Part shown: piece after piece, positions 1-9,288 of the stretch
How the letters are laid out: every line of letters starts with the position of its first letter
How positions within the stretch are numbered: the stretch's first letter is position 1
Made by a program: the position numbers and the translations under genes
Source of the DNA: Alphaproteobacteria bacterium
GTDB taxonomy: Bacteria > Pseudomonadota > Alphaproteobacteria > UBA828
DNA: 64,000 bases
Assembly: GCA_965220745.1 (NCBI GenBank)
Contig: CBDCQT010000012.1
Span: forward strand, 800,001 to 864,000
Direction of reading: 5' to 3'
Notes under the pieces: generated by a model
The model's database searches: none
What the model saw: the letters and a program-made list of their open reading frames with translations, nothing else
Told to the model about the DNA's origin: nothing

Positions 1-720
1 GAGCACCGTGTTTTCCAGCGTGAAGCCGATACCCGCCGCCGCCCATCCCGAATAGGAGTTCAGCATCGAGATGACCACCGGCATGTCGGCACCGCCGATG
101 GGGACGATCAGCAGCACGCCGAAGAGCAACGCGAGGCCGGTCATGGCCCAGAACACGCTCTCCTGCTGCTCGATGGAGAAGACCACGCCCAGCGCAATGA
201 TCGCGATGATGAGGGCGAGGTTGAGCAGGTGCTGGCCGCGGAAGACCAGCGGCGCGCCGGTCATCAATTCCTGAAGCTTGGCGAAGGCGACGACCGATCC
301 CGTAAAGGTCAGCGCGCCGATCACCACGCCGAAGCACATCTCGATTCGGCTCACCAGTCTGATGTCGCCGGGCGTGCCGATGTGGAAGGTCTCCGGCGCG
401 TAGAAGGCTGCGCCTGCGACCAGCACGGCGGCGAGCCCCACCAGGCTGTGGAACCCCGCCACGAGTTGGGGCATCGCGGTCATGCGGATTCGGAGTGCGA
501 TCAGCGTGCCGATCAGGCCGCCGACCACGATGCCGACGCCGACCCACAAGTAGTCCTCGACCCCCGGCTGGCCGAGAGTCGTGCCAATGGCGATCACCAT
601 GCCGGCGATGCCGAAGATATTGCCGCTGCGCGCGGTCGCGGGCGACGAAAGGCCACGCAAGGCCATGATGAAACAGACGCCAGCGATCAGATAGAGAATC
701 GCTGCCAGATTGGAGGTCAT
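1..720 (-). CDS. pntB: NAD(P) transhydrogenase subunit beta (5' part; runs off the window start)
   Basis: Manual translation from ATG at 720: MTSNLAAILYLIAGVCFIMALRGLSSPATARSGN..., later MPQLVAGFHSLVGLAAV and GGADMPVVISMLNSYSGWAAA; follows pntA genes. Confidence 0.95.
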   Translation of the reverse strand, partial: MTSNLAAILYLIAGVCFIMALRGLSSPATARSGNIFGIAGMVIAIGTTLGQPGVEDYLWVGVGIVVGGLIGTLIALRIRMTAMPQLVAGFHSLVGLAAVLVAGAAFYAPETFHIGTPGDIRLVSRIEMCFGVVIGALTFTGSVVAFAKLQELMTGAPLVFRGQHLLNLALIIAIIALGVVFSIEQQESVFWAMTGLALLFGVLLIVPIGGADMPVVISMLNSYSGWAAAGIGFTLENTVL

Positions 721-732
721 GGGGAGCGCCGC

Positions 733-1035
733 CTATTTCTTCTTCTTGAACATCGACAGCATTCGTTGTGTGACCGTGAATCCTCCGAATATGTTGACGG
801 CCGCAAGGCCGACGGCGACACCGCCCAATATCTTGGCCAGGACACTGCCCTCGGCAGGCGTCGCCGCCAACAACGCGCCCACGATGATCACGCTCGAAAT
901 GGCGTTCGTGACCGACATGAGCGGCGTGTGCAGCGCCGGCGTGACGCTCCACACCACGTAGTATCCGATGAACACGGCGAGCACGAAAACCGTGATGGCA
1001 ATGACCAGGGGATGCAGTTCGAGCACGTGCTCCAC
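733..1035 (-). CDS. pntAb: NAD(P) transhydrogenase subunit alpha part 2 (membrane)
   Basis: C-terminal part of ORF 733..1413: [37 protein letters not shown]; GTG start at 1035 inferred. Confidence 0.93.
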   Translation of the reverse strand: MEHVLELHPLVIAITVFVLAVFIGYYVVWSVTPALHTPLMSVTNAISSVIIVGALLAATPAEGSVLAKILGGVAVGLAAVNIFGGFTVTQRMLSMFKKKK

Positions 1036-1037
1036 GG

Positions 1038-2189
1038 TTACATTTCCTCGCCTTCGAGCGCCGGGTTCACCACCGCCCCGCCCCTGGTCAGCAAGGCCCC
1101 CCGTATCACCTCGTCCTCCCAGTCGATCTCGAGCGAACGGCTTTCCTGATTGACCATCGGTTGGATGAAGTTGAACAGGTTGCGGGCGTAGAGCGTGCTG
1201 GTATCGACCGGAACCCGCGCCGGATAGTTGGCGTGGCCGATGATGGTGACGCCGTGGCGCACGACCACCTGGTCGTAGGCGCTCAGCGCGCAATTGCCGC
1301 CGCTCTCGACAGCCAGATCCACGATGACCGAGCCGGGCTTCATGTCCTTGACCATCGCCTCGGTGATCAATTCCGGGGCGGGCTTGCCCGGAATTTGCGC
1401 GGTGGTGATGCAAATGTCCTGCTTCGTGAGCGTCTCGTGAATCAATGCGGCCTGACGCGCCTTGTACAGGTCGCCCATCTCCCTGGCGTAGCCACCGGCG
1501 GTCTCGGCATCGCCGGCGTCGGCGTCCACGGAGATGAACTTGGCGCCCAGGCTCTCGACCTGCTCCTTGACGGCGGGGCGCACGTCGAAGGCGGAGACCA
1601 GCCCGCCCAGCCGCTTGGCGGTCGCGATCGCCTGAAGACCGGCGACGCCCGCGCCAAGCACGACGACCCGCGCCGGGGCCACGGTGCCGGCGGCGGTCAT
1701 CATCATCGGCAGAATCCGGCCGAAATGATCGGCGGCGTCAATCACCGCCTTGTAGCCCGCGATGTTGCTCTGCGACGACAGCGCATCCATCGATTGTGCG
1801 CGGCTGATGCGCGGGATCAGCTCCATCGCGAAGGAGGTGACTCCGAGTGACGCGTAGCGATCGACCTGCTCGCGCTGTTGCAACGGTGCAAGCAGGCCCA
1901 CCAGCACCGCATCGGAATTCAAGAGAGAGAGCTCGTCGGCCGCGTTTCCGTCACAGAGCGGAGCGCGGACCTTGGTGACGAGGTCGGCGTCGCCGTAGAC
2001 GGTCTTTGCGTCGACGACGATGTGGGCGCCCGCCTCCGCCAGCACTTCGTCCGACATCTGAGCGCCCGCGCCGGCGCCGCTTTCAACCAGCACCTCGACG
2101 CCGAGCGCCTTGAATTTCCTGATCGAGTCCGGGGAGGCGGCAATGCGGGTCTCGCCCGGGACGATTTCCTTCGGAACCCCGATCCTCAT
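1038..2189 (-). CDS. pntAa: NAD(P) transhydrogenase subunit alpha part 1 (NAD-binding dI)
   Basis: [42 protein letters not shown] loop. Confidence 0.95.
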   Translation of the reverse strand: MRIGVPKEIVPGETRIAASPDSIRKFKALGVEVLVESGAGAGAQMSDEVLAEAGAHIVVDAKTVYGDADLVTKVRAPLCDGNAADELSLLNSDAVLVGLLAPLQQREQVDRYASLGVTSFAMELIPRISRAQSMDALSSQSNIAGYKAVIDAADHFGRILPMMMTAAGTVAPARVVVLGAGVAGLQAIATAKRLGGLVSAFDVRPAVKEQVESLGAKFISVDADAGDAETAGGYAREMGDLYKARQAALIHETLTKQDICITTAQIPGKPAPELITEAMVKDMKPGSVIVDLAVESGGNCALSAYDQVVVRHGVTIIGHANYPARVPVDTSTLYARNLFNFIQPMVNQESRSLEIDWEDEVIRGALLTRGGAVVNPALEGEEM

Positions 2190-2317
2190 ACGCGCATCGA
2201 CTCCGCCTGCCCGGGAGCGGCGCCACAATGCCCCGCGCGGTGCGGTTTGCCAAGACCGGGGGCGCGGGTTCTCACGGAGGGTTGATCCGGGCGCACAATG
2301 CGCATTGCCACCGCGTA

Positions 2318-3664
2318 TCAGGCCGCCTCGGGCACCCCGCAGCCTTCCAGTGCGGTGGTCTGCCGGCGGGTCAACTGCGCGGCGTCGAAATCCTCGATCA
2401 GCGCCTCGTAGAGCCGGTGCCAGTTGAGCTCGGCCTTGAGGTGCAAATAGACCGAGCCGAGACCGATCGCCGAGCGGTCAATCAGCACGAACTCGCGCGG
2501 TGGCGTGACGCCGCCAAGGCGCCGGATCTCCCGGTGCGTCTTGGCCGCGACCGCGCCGCCGTAGCGCGCGTTCCCCGATTCGTCGATCAACCGGGCGCGG
2601 TCGTCGATCAGCGGCCCGTAAATGTAATTGGCCCAGATGTTGAGCGCGTCGACCATCTCGTTGGAGAGATCGCTGAAGCCCCAGGTCTCGTAGGCGTGCA
2701 CCGCGAGGTCGCGGTCCTCGTCCCGCACCGCGTAGTAGAGGTCGATAATGCCTTGCACGAAGCGGCTTTCGAACACGCGGATGCAGCCGTAGTCGAGGAG
2801 ATTGACCGTGCCGTCCTCACGCACCGTGTAGTTGCCGAGATGCGGGTCGCCGTGGAGAACGCCATAGCGGTACAGCGGCACGTACCAGGCGTCGAACATG
2901 CGGCGCGCGATGTCGTTGCGTTGCTCGGCCGGGGCCTCCTTGAAGTCGAGCAGCGGGGCGCCGTCGAGCCAGTTCATGGTGAGCAGCCGCCGCGTCGAGA
3001 GGGCGGCGTCCACCGCCGGCACGTGAACGCCGGGATCGTCGCGCAGCATCTCGCCGTAGAGAGCCATGTGGCGGGCCTCGCGCTCGTAGTCGAGCTCTTC
3101 GCGCAGCCGCGCCGCGATCTCGGCGTGGATCTCGCCGGTCTCGATGGCCGGGTCGTAGCGGGCATAGACGGCGAAGATCAGCTTGAGTTGGCGGATATCG
3201 GCCGCCACGGCGGACGCCATGTCCGGGTATTGCAGCTTGCAGGCAAGCGCCGTGCCATCGTGCGCCGTGGCGCGGTGAACCTGGCCGAGAGAGGCCGCGG
3301 CCACCGCTTCCGTCTCGAAGTCGGCGAATGCGGAGCGCCAGTCAGGGCCGAGCTCGGCGGCCATGCGCCGCTTGACGAAGCCCCAGCCCATCGCCGGCGC
3401 GCGCGACTGGAGGGCGCCGAGGGCGTCGGCGTATTCGTCGGGCAGGCCGCCGGGGATCGTCGACAGCAGTTGCGCGACCTTCATCAGCGGCCCCTTGAGG
3501 CCGCCGAGGGCGCGCTTCAGGTCCTCGGCGTTCCGCTCCCGGTCGGTTGGCATGCCGAGATAGCGCTGGCCCGCCATGCGCGCCGCGATTCCGCCTACCG
3601 AAGTGCCGACCCGCGCATAGCGGCGCACCCGCCCGCTCAGCCTGTCGTCTTCGCGATCCGGCAC
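2318..3664 (-). CDS. ABC1/UbiB (AarF) family atypical kinase
   Basis: LKGPLMKVAQ, AAASLGQVH, KLQYP, EELDY, HGDPHLGN, LLDYG motifs. Confidence 0.9.
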   Translation of the reverse strand: MPDREDDRLSGRVRRYARVGTSVGGIAARMAGQRYLGMPTDRERNAEDLKRALGGLKGPLMKVAQLLSTIPGGLPDEYADALGALQSRAPAMGWGFVKRRMAAELGPDWRSAFADFETEAVAAASLGQVHRATAHDGTALACKLQYPDMASAVAADIRQLKLIFAVYARYDPAIETGEIHAEIAARLREELDYEREARHMALYGEMLRDDPGVHVPAVDAALSTRRLLTMNWLDGAPLLDFKEAPAEQRNDIARRMFDAWYVPLYRYGVLHGDPHLGNYTVREDGTVNLLDYGCIRVFESRFVQGIIDLYYAVRDEDRDLAVHAYETWGFSDLSNEMVDALNIWANYIYGPLIDDRARLIDESGNARYGGAVAAKTHREIRRLGGVTPPREFVLIDRSAIGLGSVYLHLKAELNWHRLYEALIEDFDAAQLTRRQTTALEGCGVPEAA

Positions 3665-3816
3665 GATTGATGCCTCTATGCTCGCTACCCATTGGCCAGG
3701 GCCGCGTTGCGGCGCGTCACCCCATTCGATAAATCATACCATCGTCCCTTTCTTCGGCCGTATGGGCGCGGCATCGGACGGAGCGAGCGCGGACCCGGAG
3801 CGGAGCGGAGACCCTC

Positions 3817-4830
3817 ATGCTGGAAAAATTCGAACGGTATCCGTTGACCTTCGGCCCGACGCCCATCGAGAAGCTGAATCGGCTCTCCGAGCATCTGGGC
3901 GGTGCGGTCGAGCTCTATGCCAAGCGCGACGACTGCAATTCGGGCCTCGCCTTCGGCGGCAACAAGATCCGCAAGCTCGAATACATCGTGCCCGACGCCA
4001 TCGCGTCGAACGCCGATACCCTCGTCACCATCGGCGGCGTGCAGTCCAACCATACGCGGCAGGTCGCGGCGGTCGCCGCGAAGCTCGGCATGAAGTGCCG
4101 CCTGGTGCAGGAGAGCTGGGTGCCGTTCGAGGACGCCGTTTACGATCGGGTCGGGAACATCCTGATGAGCCGCGTGATGGGCGCGGAGATCGAGCTGGTC
4201 GACGAGGGCTTCGACATCGGAATTCGGGAGAGCTGGGAGCGCGCGCTTGACGACGTGAAGGCGAAGGGCGGGAAGCCCTATCCCATTCCGGCGGGTGCCT
4301 CGGTTCACAAGTATGGCGGGCTCGGCTACGTCGGCTTCGCCGAGGAGGTGCGGGCGCAGGAGGCGGAGCTCGGCGTCAGGTTCGACTACATCATCGTCTG
4401 CACCGTCACTGGCTCGACCCACGCCGGCATGCTGGTGGGATTCGCGACGGACGGCCGCGCCGACAGGGTCATCGGCGTCGACGCATCGGGGACGCCGGCG
4501 CAGACCCGCGCGCAGGTGATGGAGATCGCCCGCAACACGGCGGCGCTGGTGGAACTCGGCCGCGCCGTCACCGACGACGATCTCGTCCTGCTCGAGGACT
4601 ACGCCTATCCCGCCTACGGCGTGCCGTCTGCCGAGACCAACGACGCGATTCGCCTCGCCGCCCGCACGGAAGGGCTGATGACCGATCCGGTCTACGAGGG
4701 GAAATCCATGCAGGGCATGATCGACCTGGTACGGAAGGGGTACTTCCCGGCAGGCTCCAAGGTTCTCTACGCCCATCTCGGCGGCGTGCCCGCCATCAAC
4801 GGCTACAGCTACGTCTATCGCAACGGCTAG
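3817..4830 (+). CDS. acdS: 1-aminocyclopropane-1-carboxylate deaminase
   Basis: [38 protein letters not shown] (E295 equivalent), YAHLGG (L322 equivalent); 337 aa; GGAG RBS. Confidence 0.95.
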   Translation: MLEKFERYPLTFGPTPIEKLNRLSEHLGGAVELYAKRDDCNSGLAFGGNKIRKLEYIVPDAIASNADTLVTIGGVQSNHTRQVAAVAAKLGMKCRLVQESWVPFEDAVYDRVGNILMSRVMGAEIELVDEGFDIGIRESWERALDDVKAKGGKPYPIPAGASVHKYGGLGYVGFAEEVRAQEAELGVRFDYIIVCTVTGSTHAGMLVGFATDGRADRVIGVDASGTPAQTRAQVMEIARNTAALVELGRAVTDDDLVLLEDYAYPAYGVPSAETNDAIRLAARTEGLMTDPVYEGKSMQGMIDLVRKGYFPAGSKVLYAHLGGVPAINGYSYVYRNG

Positions 4831-4875
4831 CCGCAATCGGCAGCGCTGCTCATCTATCCCATGCAGGAGGGTGTC

Positions 4876-5697
4876 ATGGCCGCTCAACGCATCGGTTCCT
4901 ACGTCGAGGTCGCTCCCGGCGTCGACATCTACTACGAGGACGAGGGGGAGGGGCCTCCGCTGGTCCTGATTCCTGGCTGGACCTTCACGACCAGGGTCTT
5001 CGACCACCAGTTCGCGGCGTTCTCGGATCGTTACCGCGTCATCTCCTTCGACCCGCGCAGTCACGGCCGCTCGACCGTGACCAGCGACGGCAACAACTAC
5101 GCCACCCAAGCCGCCGATCTCGCCGCGCTTCTCGAACACCTCGAGGTCGAGAACCCGGTTATTGCAGGCTGGTCTGCGGGCTCGCTGACCGCGTGGCACC
5201 ACGTCCGCAATCGGGGCACGGACGGCATTCGCGCGCTCGTCTCCATCGACATGCCGCCGCTCGGGATGAGCTACGACAAGAGCGATTGGGTCGAGGGGGC
5301 GATCGACGCTCTCGCTGGGTTCTTCCAGGGGGTGCAGACCGCGCAGGGGCAACGCGGTGTCGTCATCTGGTACGCCGACAACGTGATGATCGAAGGCGAG
5401 ATGTCGTCGGAGGTGACCGCCTGGATTGTCGAGCAGTCGCTCGCGACGCCGCCGCTCATCGCCGCCAACCTCATCGCCGACGTGTGCTTCGCGAACTATC
5501 TGGAAGAGGCGAAGCAGGTGGACGCGAACATACCGTCGATCTTCTACGTCGCCGACCACTGGGCCGAGACCGCCAAGCCGTTCCTCGCCAAGCATTGCCC
5601 CAACTCGCGGGTGGAGGCCTTCGGCGGCCATATGATGTTTTGGGAGTATCCCGACAAGTTCAACGAGAGCCTGGCGGAGTTCCTTTCGGCTCTCTAG
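4876..5697 (+). CDS. Alpha/beta hydrolase (non-heme haloperoxidase-like)
   Basis: LIPGW, DPRSHGRS, GWSAG nucleophile, GHMMFWE; GGAGG precedes the ATG at 4876. Confidence 0.85.
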   Translation: MAAQRIGSYVEVAPGVDIYYEDEGEGPPLVLIPGWTFTTRVFDHQFAAFSDRYRVISFDPRSHGRSTVTSDGNNYATQAADLAALLEHLEVENPVIAGWSAGSLTAWHHVRNRGTDGIRALVSIDMPPLGMSYDKSDWVEGAIDALAGFFQGVQTAQGQRGVVIWYADNVMIEGEMSSEVTAWIVEQSLATPPLIAANLIADVCFANYLEEAKQVDANIPSIFYVADHWAETAKPFLAKHCPNSRVEAFGGHMMFWEYPDKFNESLAEFLSAL

Positions 5698-5817
5698 CAT
5701 TTATTCGCTCACGGCAGCCGGCCTGCGGCCGGCGCCTCCGCGAGGGCGCCGCTGGCGCGGCGGGCCGCGGTCGCGGCCTGTCGCGCGTCCGTCAAAGACG
5801 GACACGCTCCAACGCGA

Positions 5818-6273
5818 CTACCGCTCGACGATGGCGACGTTGGAGATCCAGCGCTGCTTGCGGCGTGCGAGCCGGCCGGGCACGTCCTCCGCCTCGTAGT
5901 CGGCGATGGGGACGGACGCCCGGTCCACGTCGAGCGGCGGTTCCAGCAGGTTCGAATTCAGGACGGAATAGAGGCGGCCCTCCATCTCGCACACGGCCGC
6001 GGCGATCACGCCGCAGCGGCCGCAGACGAGAAATGTCGCGGTCTCGTGGCCAAACGCATAGCGGCTCACCCGGTCGGGCTCGGTCAGCGTGATCGTGAGG
6101 CGGCCGGACGGCGCCGAGACGTAGAGGCTGCCGTGTTTCTGGCAGAAGCTGCAGCCGCAATGGCGCGGGGAGAGGGGGGTGTCGTCGTCGACCTCCAGCG
6201 CGACACCGATCGCGCCGCAATGGCAAGCACCTTCCAAGCTCTTTGCCACGGAAAATTCTCCCTTCGCCGTCAC
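5818..6273 (-). CDS. GFA/CENP-V family Zn-binding protein (aldehyde-activating)
   Basis: GACHCGAI, CGCSFCQK, CGRCG cysteine motifs. Confidence 0.85.
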   Translation of the reverse strand: MTAKGEFSVAKSLEGACHCGAIGVALEVDDDTPLSPRHCGCSFCQKHGSLYVSAPSGRLTITLTEPDRVSRYAFGHETATFLVCGRCGVIAAAVCEMEGRLYSVLNSNLLEPPLDVDRASVPIADYEAEDVPGRLARRKQRWISNVAIVER

Positions 6274-6368
6274 GGCGCCTTCGCGTCGACCCGCGACACG
6301 TCACTTGCGCAGCGTCGCGCAATCGCCGTATGCCCGTAAAGCCGACAGTCACGGACAGGGAGCCATCG

Positions 6369-7199
6369 ATGAGCCGCGACGACGCAAGGGGCGCGTCCAC
6401 GTCCACCTACACCATGGGCTACGGCCCCGAATTCCAGAAGATGCTCGAACGCAGGAACGCGGCGGACTGCGCCGCCCATCTGCTGCCGTACCTCAGACCC
6501 GGCATGCGCCTGCTCGACCTCGGCTGCGGCCCCGGCACGATTTCGGTGGGGCTGGCGGCTGCCGTCGCGCCCGGCGCGATGCACGGCATCGACATGGAGG
6601 CCTCCCAGATCGAGATGGCCAGCGCCGCCGCCAAGGCCGGCGGGCACGGCAAAGCGGTCTTTCAAGTGGGCGATGCGACCGACCTTCCCTTCGAGGACGC
6701 GTCCTTCGACGTGGCCCACTGCCACGCCCTGCTCAACCATGCCCCCGACACGCAGGCGGTGCTCGCCGAGGTCAAGCGCGTGCTGAAGCCCGGTGGACTC
6801 TTCGCCGCGCGGGAGGTGATCGGCGACTCATCACTCTTCGAGCCGGCGTTCGAAATGGGGATCAGCGGGTGGTCGACGTTCCTCAAGATGCTCGCGGCCA
6901 ATGGCGGCCACCCGCAGATGGGCAAGGAGCTGAAGCGCGCTCTCTTCGATGCCGGCTTCACGGACATCCACGCGACCGCGTCCTTCGAACCCTACAACAC
7001 GGCTGACGACCTCGCGTTTCTGCGGGGCTTGATCATCGGCTGGTTCTTTGCGCCAACGACCATGGAAGCGGCCATCAAGCATGGTCTTGCGAGCCAGGAG
7101 CAGTTCGAGGCCTGGCGTCAGTCCCTGGAGGAGTGGGTGACGGAGCCCGGCGCCTTCGCTGCGTTCGCCTGGGGCGAGGCGATCGGGCAGAAGCCGTGA
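6369..7199 (+). CDS. Class I SAM-dependent methyltransferase (UbiE-like)
   Basis: YTMGY, LLDLGCGPG, GDATDLPFEDASFD, RVLKPGG. Confidence 0.88.
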   Translation: MSRDDARGASTSTYTMGYGPEFQKMLERRNAADCAAHLLPYLRPGMRLLDLGCGPGTISVGLAAAVAPGAMHGIDMEASQIEMASAAAKAGGHGKAVFQVGDATDLPFEDASFDVAHCHALLNHAPDTQAVLAEVKRVLKPGGLFAAREVIGDSSLFEPAFEMGISGWSTFLKMLAANGGHPQMGKELKRALFDAGFTDIHATASFEPYNTADDLAFLRGLIIGWFFAPTTMEAAIKHGLASQEQFEAWRQSLEEWVTEPGAFAAFAWGEAIGQKP

Positions 7200-7209
7200 C
7201 GCGGCGCTG

Positions 7210-9288
7210 CTATTCCAGCGTCACGCGGTAGTTGCCGAGGGCGTCGATGACGGCGTTGGCGTCCTCGGGCACGAGGACGGTGGTGGTTGCTTCCTCGACG
7301 ATGGCGGGGCCCGCGAGCGTGGCGCCGGGCGCGAGGTCGTTGCCGCGATAGACCGGCACCTCCTCGGGCGTGCCTCGGCCGGGCAGGTGAACCCGGCGGG
7401 TGCCGTGAGGCTCCGGTTGTGGCGCCGTATCCGAGCCCTCTGCCGGCGCAAGGTCCGCGGCGGCGGGCCCGATGGCGCGGACCTTCCAGGTGGTGAACTC
7501 GACCAGATCGTTCTCGTTCTTGATCGTGTAGATGCGCTCGTGCATCCGGTGGAAGCCCTCGGCGAGCCCTTCCACGTCGCCAGCGGCAACCGCGCCGTCC
7601 CGCGTTGCGAACGGCACCTCGATCTCCCATGACTGGTACTGGTAGCGGCCGAGATAGGCGTACTCGAAGCGCTGATCGGCTTCGGCGATGCCCGCGCGGG
7701 CGAGGAAGGCGCGGCCTCGCTCCACCAGCGTGGCCAGCACCGCGTTGACGCCGTCCACGTCGAAGCGCGCGGCGTCGGTTACCAGGGTCGCGGTCTCCTC
7801 CCACACGATGTCGGAAATGAGGCCGCCGAAGGCGCTCAAGCCGGCGGAGAACTTGGGCACCATGTAGCCCTTGATGCCGAGCACCCGCGCCATCTGGCCC
7901 ATGTGGATGGCGGTCGCACCGCCGCCGGCGACGAAGTAGCTCTCGCGCGGATCGATCCCCTCCTGCACGGTGATGTCCTCGATGGCGGCGATCATGGTGT
8001 GATCGACCGTGCTGGCGATGGCGCGGGCGGCGGCCGCAAGCTCGATGCCGAGCGCATCGGCGATGGTGCCCACAGCCCGCTCCGCCGCCTGCTTGTCGAG
8101 GCGCATCCGGCCGCCGAGGAAGTAGTCGGGGGCGATGATGCCGAGCACCACGTCGGCGTCGGTCACCGTGGGCCGGGTTCCGCCGAGGCCGTAGCAGGCG
8201 GGGCCGGGGTCGGCGCCCGCGCTCTCCGGCCCGACGCGCAGTAGCCCGCCCGCGTCCACGTGGGCGATGGAGCCGCCGCCGGCGCCCACCGAGCGCACGT
8301 CGACCTTGGGGATGCCCAGCATGTCGAACTCGGTCAGCATCGCCTCGGGCGAGATCACGAGCTGGCCGTCCCGCACCGCGGAGACGTCGAACGAGGTGCC
8401 GCCCATGTCGACCACCACGAGATCGGGTGCGTCCGCGAGCTTCCGCGCCGCGACCGGGGCGAGCGTCGGCCCCGACATGACGCTGTAGATCGGCCGCTCG
8501 GCGATATCGTCCGGCGGCATCATGCCGCCCAGGCAATTCGCGATCATCAGCTCGTTGCCGTAGCCGCCCTCGCGCAAGCCCCGGTCGAGCGCGTGGACGT
8601 AGGCGCTCACCACCGGGCGCAGCGCGGCGTCGATCGCCGCCGAGACCGCGCGGCGGTATTCGCGGGCGATTGGGTTGAGCCGGTGGCTGAGGGTCACCGG
8701 AACATTGGGCCAGGCGTCGCGCACGATCTCGCCCACGCGCCGCTCGTGGCTGCCGTTTACCACCGACCAGAGCAGGCAGACCGCGACCGCCTCCACGCCG
8801 AGCTTGCGGAAATCCTCGACCGCCGCGCGCACGTCGTCTTCCTGCAGCGCCGTGTGTTCCGCGCCGGTGGCGTCGATCCGCCCGCGCACGCCGCGCGTCC
8901 GGATCCGGGGCACGAAGGGCTCGGGGTAGGTGAGGCGCCACTGGAACGGCGGCTTGCGGGGCGCCTCGCGCAGCGTGAGGATGTCGCGAAAGCCGTGGGT
9001 GCAGATCAGCCCGACGCTCGCGTGCTTGCCCTCCAGCAGCGCGTTGGTGGAGACCGTGGTGCCGTGGACGACGCGCGCCACCCGCGCCATGAAGTCGGAT
9101 AGCTCCAGCCCGTAGCCCTCGGCCGCGAGGCCGAGCGCGTTCATGAAGCCGTGCTCGAACGCGGCGGGCGTGGACGGCGTCTTGAAGATGCGGAGGCGCT
9201 GGTCGGGGTCCGAGACGACACAGTCGGTAAAGGTGCCGCCGATGTCGATACAGACCCGGTAGTCGCCGGGCGGGTGAGCAGAGGACAT
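7210..9288 (-). CDS. Hydantoinase A/oxoprolinase family subunit
   Basis: DIGGTFTD, HGTTVSTNA, SGP, DMGGTSFD, GAGGGS, GPESAGADPGPACY. Confidence 0.93.
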   Translation of the reverse strand: MSSAHPPGDYRVCIDIGGTFTDCVVSDPDQRLRIFKTPSTPAAFEHGFMNALGLAAEGYGLELSDFMARVARVVHGTTVSTNALLEGKHASVGLICTHGFRDILTLREAPRKPPFQWRLTYPEPFVPRIRTRGVRGRIDATGAEHTALQEDDVRAAVEDFRKLGVEAVAVCLLWSVVNGSHERRVGEIVRDAWPNVPVTLSHRLNPIAREYRRAVSAAIDAALRPVVSAYVHALDRGLREGGYGNELMIANCLGGMMPPDDIAERPIYSVMSGPTLAPVAARKLADAPDLVVVDMGGTSFDVSAVRDGQLVISPEAMLTEFDMLGIPKVDVRSVGAGGGSIAHVDAGGLLRVGPESAGADPGPACYGLGGTRPTVTDADVVLGIIAPDYFLGGRMRLDKQAAERAVGTIADALGIELAAAARAIASTVDHTMIAAIEDITVQEGIDPRESYFVAGGGATAIHMGQMARVLGIKGYMVPKFSAGLSAFGGLISDIVWEETATLVTDAARFDVDGVNAVLATLVERGRAFLARAGIAEADQRFEYAYLGRYQYQSWEIEVPFATRDGAVAAGDVEGLAEGFHRMHERIYTIKNENDLVEFTTWKVRAIGPAAADLAPAEGSDTAPQPEPHGTRRVHLPGRGTPEEVPVYRGNDLAPGATLAGPAIVEEATTTVLVPEDANAVIDALGNYRVTLE

